Origin: Oopsacas minuta
Taxonomy: Eukaryota > Animalia > Porifera
DNA: 64,000 nucleotides
Direction: 5' to 3'
NCBI GenBank assembly: GCA_024704765.1
Contig: JAKMXF010000022.1
Coordinates: 248,001-312,000 of the forward strand
Position 1 is the first letter of the stretch. Every line of letters begins with the position of its first letter. Below, piece after piece: positions 60,983 to 64,000 of this stretch. Made by a program: the position numbers and the translations under genes. A model generated the notes under the pieces. The model saw only the letters and a program-made list of their open reading frames with translations, searched no databases and was not told the origin of the DNA.

Positions 60983-63900
60983 AAGCTTACTTAGCTAAGT
61001 ACGTATATGTAGGAGAGATCCAGAATTGTTCAAATTGAGGGGCTGAGTTTTATAGTTGCGAGCACTTAAGGGGTCTGGCATAATTACTACTATATCTATT
61101 TACACGCAATCATTATTACATTGGTGGGCTTTGCTCCCATTAGAGCTCACCTCTATATTAATGTGTATATTTGATGAATTTTCGTGTAAAGAATGTGTAA
61201 AATATCGCGTTTCTACTTTCTAGCTTATTAATAAACGAATATTTTTAACGAATTTTTCGTGCAAAAATGTATTATAATTAAAAGTATCCGGTTTCTAGTT
61301 TCTACTGTACGCAGGTGACAGAATGGGCTCCGGCAAACGAGTTTATTCAAATAACAGTTTTCTAAATACTAACACGTTTTTGATTAAATGGTAGCATATT
61401 AGCCGATAATATTAATGTGTAAATATGGGATAATACTTTGGTGAATTAGTGTTTATGCTATTAAGTACGTTATAATGCTGAGTCTAGCTGAATTAATCCA
61501 GATATAGTGTCGGTTGCGGTCTTCAGTCGCTCACTGCTAAGAGCTCTTCAACACACCTTGGGAAACACAGTTTGACGCAGATTACTACAGCTCATGAGGT
61601 ATCCATTAGATTTCAATGGCAGGATGTTTCAAATTCGATATACGTATTTATTGGAACCCTGCTAATTGAACTTTCAAGGTTTCTAATCACCATACTGTTT
61701 TGAGATGCCCATTGTCCATGAAAACTATTCACTATTTCACACCCACTCATTCATACAGTATTATCCATAGTTTGTATACCATGATCTCAATTCCTATCGT
61801 TCCAATTCGTATCCTACAGAGAAACGCCGATTTGACAAAATGGTCCCTCGGGCCCTCCTATATATAGATATTTAATCTTGAACGTTTCTTTATGTTATAT
61901 AGAAATCCTCCTCCAACCAAGCGAGGTGACTCATTGCCTCAAAATTACCTAGAATAACAGCAAAATCTATTAAGCATATAGATCATTTTTGTCATAATTA
62001 TATAACACGCTACAAATTCATGAAAATGTAATGTTGTCACGAATGTTTTATGAACAAAATTATATGACCAAAAACAGTTTAAATTTGAAATCACTTCAAG
62101 TTACGTACCGATCCGGGACTTAATGTGCCGGACCTGTAGCGATCACATAGACTGCGGAGCTATCGGACTTAATAATTAGGTACTAAGTCCTCTAACAGTA
62201 GTGTTTCAGCTGTAAAAAGTTTTGGGACAGCAAGGTTAGGACAAGAAAAGTGTAGCCTAGAAATACTTGGATGAACTTATACAGGTAATATGTTATTATA
62301 TATCTTTTGTCAGCGATATTAATTCTATTATTCTGGGTCTTGATTACCATTACAACAGTGAATTTAGGATTGCCTTTCTTCTTTGTTCCTCCTCTTCTTA
62401 TTATGAGTGTTCAATTAGTTGAATTGTTTCTCATTAATACCAATTTTCATAAGCCAATACATTCTTTACTCTCTAGTTAGAATTACCCCCCCTAGCAGTT
62501 GTACCCCCTCCCCCAATCTGACGCTCCTTACCCCTAAATACCTCTACAAAATTATTGTTTACTATTGTGTCATTATTATGTTATCATTCATCCTACGAAT
62601 TTTCCTAAAACAATTATGAATTCTAGTATTTTTCCTACCCACAAGGATTCATTCAGTACAATTGTTCAACATTTCTTTGAATTAGTAATTTGAAACGTTG
62701 TTTTTAGTTTTTACCCCTAAGAGTTATCTCATACCATCAGTATCTTATATCAGAATTGTTTGGAAAGTAATATCTATTGTGAGATTGTTTGTTTGATTTG
62801 CTTAAATCAAGTTCACATATCTGCCCTTTGGTACACGCCTGGCAACATAGGTATTCTTACGTTTGGTAAACATCACACAATACCACATTGTTACCCTTAT
62901 AGTCCATTGAAGACATACTTCGTGGTTTGTGTACAATTCCGGCAATGAACTCTCGATAGAATATCACATTACTCATCGACTTATTTGGAGTTGTTTATAG
63001 TTGACACATCAACATTTACCCCGGTTCAAATTCACTACATTTATCTATTAGAACCAATGTAGATGACATACTCATAGGCATTGAACTACTCAGCTCAATC
63101 ATGTTAATGTGCTTAGCATATATTATGTAATTTTAATAGAAATTAGCCTTTGAAGGTAGTAGATAGCGAATAATTTTACTTTTTCTAATTCGCTAATGGA
63201 ATTACATTTAACGGTTTATAGTTATAATCTACTCTGAAATACGAGGTTGTTATTAGAAGTTACGTCTTATTGAGGTTAGTTAGGTCAACTCATGAGGACT
63301 CTGCCAATATTGGAAGGAGGGGCTACATATTTTCGCTATAGACTCCACGCCTTCACAATCTCTAAAATAATATCTATTCTGTAATTCATAATTTTATCTA
63401 AAATTCTATAATGCATGGGATAGACAAGTATATTGTTACATACAATACTCATTAGAATAGTGTTAATCTGTTATACCATGGGGACGAGCAGCCTTTGTTT
63501 TCAGAATCAATCTTGAATTCCCTCCAGTTAATACACTAATTATTTCATTGATCAGTGTTAAATGGAAAATAACAAATCTCTGTAATTTTATTCACGTCAA
63601 TACAATTTGGCTATCTCTACGATTGAAGATTCAAATTTGTTATCGATAGATTATTTCTTTTATTAATCAAATTTAATCTAAAATGTATCCAAATTCCTTC
63701 CTAAAATGACGAATTGTTAATGACTCTAACATATTCAATTTACGGAATAGATACATTAACCTTTCATTTTGATAAAATTTGTTATTTAATGTGATAATAT
63801 CAACACCTTGTTATGCTATATGTACCAGTACTAACTTTTGAAAATATTTAATATAAGAGACAGCAGTTAGCTATATTCTTATAATCTTTGAGGTCAGTTT

Positions 63901-64000
63901 TAAGTGGGACAAACAATTTTAGTGCCTATCCTAATGTTGATCTAATCAATACATAAACAGAATTACTAGTATGAGTATATGTAGCAGTTATTGAGTGAGC

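Overview
AT-rich, gene-dense eukaryotic genomic DNA from an animal with a compact genome. Most introns are GT-AG and about 50-65 nt, and many genes have no coding introns. The gene content and style suggest an early-branching metazoan such as a sponge (inference, not provable here). About 25 protein-coding genes were identified, with exons rebuilt by hand: HACE1-like HECT ligase (3' part), an NHL beta-propeller, CLN3, FAM183/CFAP144, KAT5/Tip60, an SLC25 carrier, an RBM46/47/A1CF-type RRM protein, CIAO2B, TEX36-like, GPD2, EXOC7, histone H4, a divergent BRF1-like factor, an RCC1-repeat protein, UFD1, Brambleberry/GEX1/KAR5-like, a PDZ-RH-C1-DH-PH RhoGEF, LRRC51, KIF23, a TRAF-type MATH protein, RPL17, NDUFAB1, NICN1, a probable ATP6AP1 (Ac45) and three tandem Maf/CNC-like bZIP paralogs. 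The main structural feature is recurrent gene nesting. Every clearly annotatable minus-strand gene is intronless and lies antisense inside an enlarged intron of a plus-strand host: SLC25 in KAT5; H4 plus BRF-like in EXOC7; the TRAF-MATH gene in KIF23; and, less securely, the bZIP trio in ATP6AP1. The nested H4 has a rewired N-terminal tail (TGRGGKGR instead of SGRGKGGK), and the bZIP trio has an unusual basic region (RYQGRNNxAAxxMR). About ten short CAGT-ended, TA-flanked Tc1/mariner-pogo-type MITEs and several Harbinger-like fragments are scattered through introns and spacers. No tRNA, rRNA or CRISPR features were recognised.
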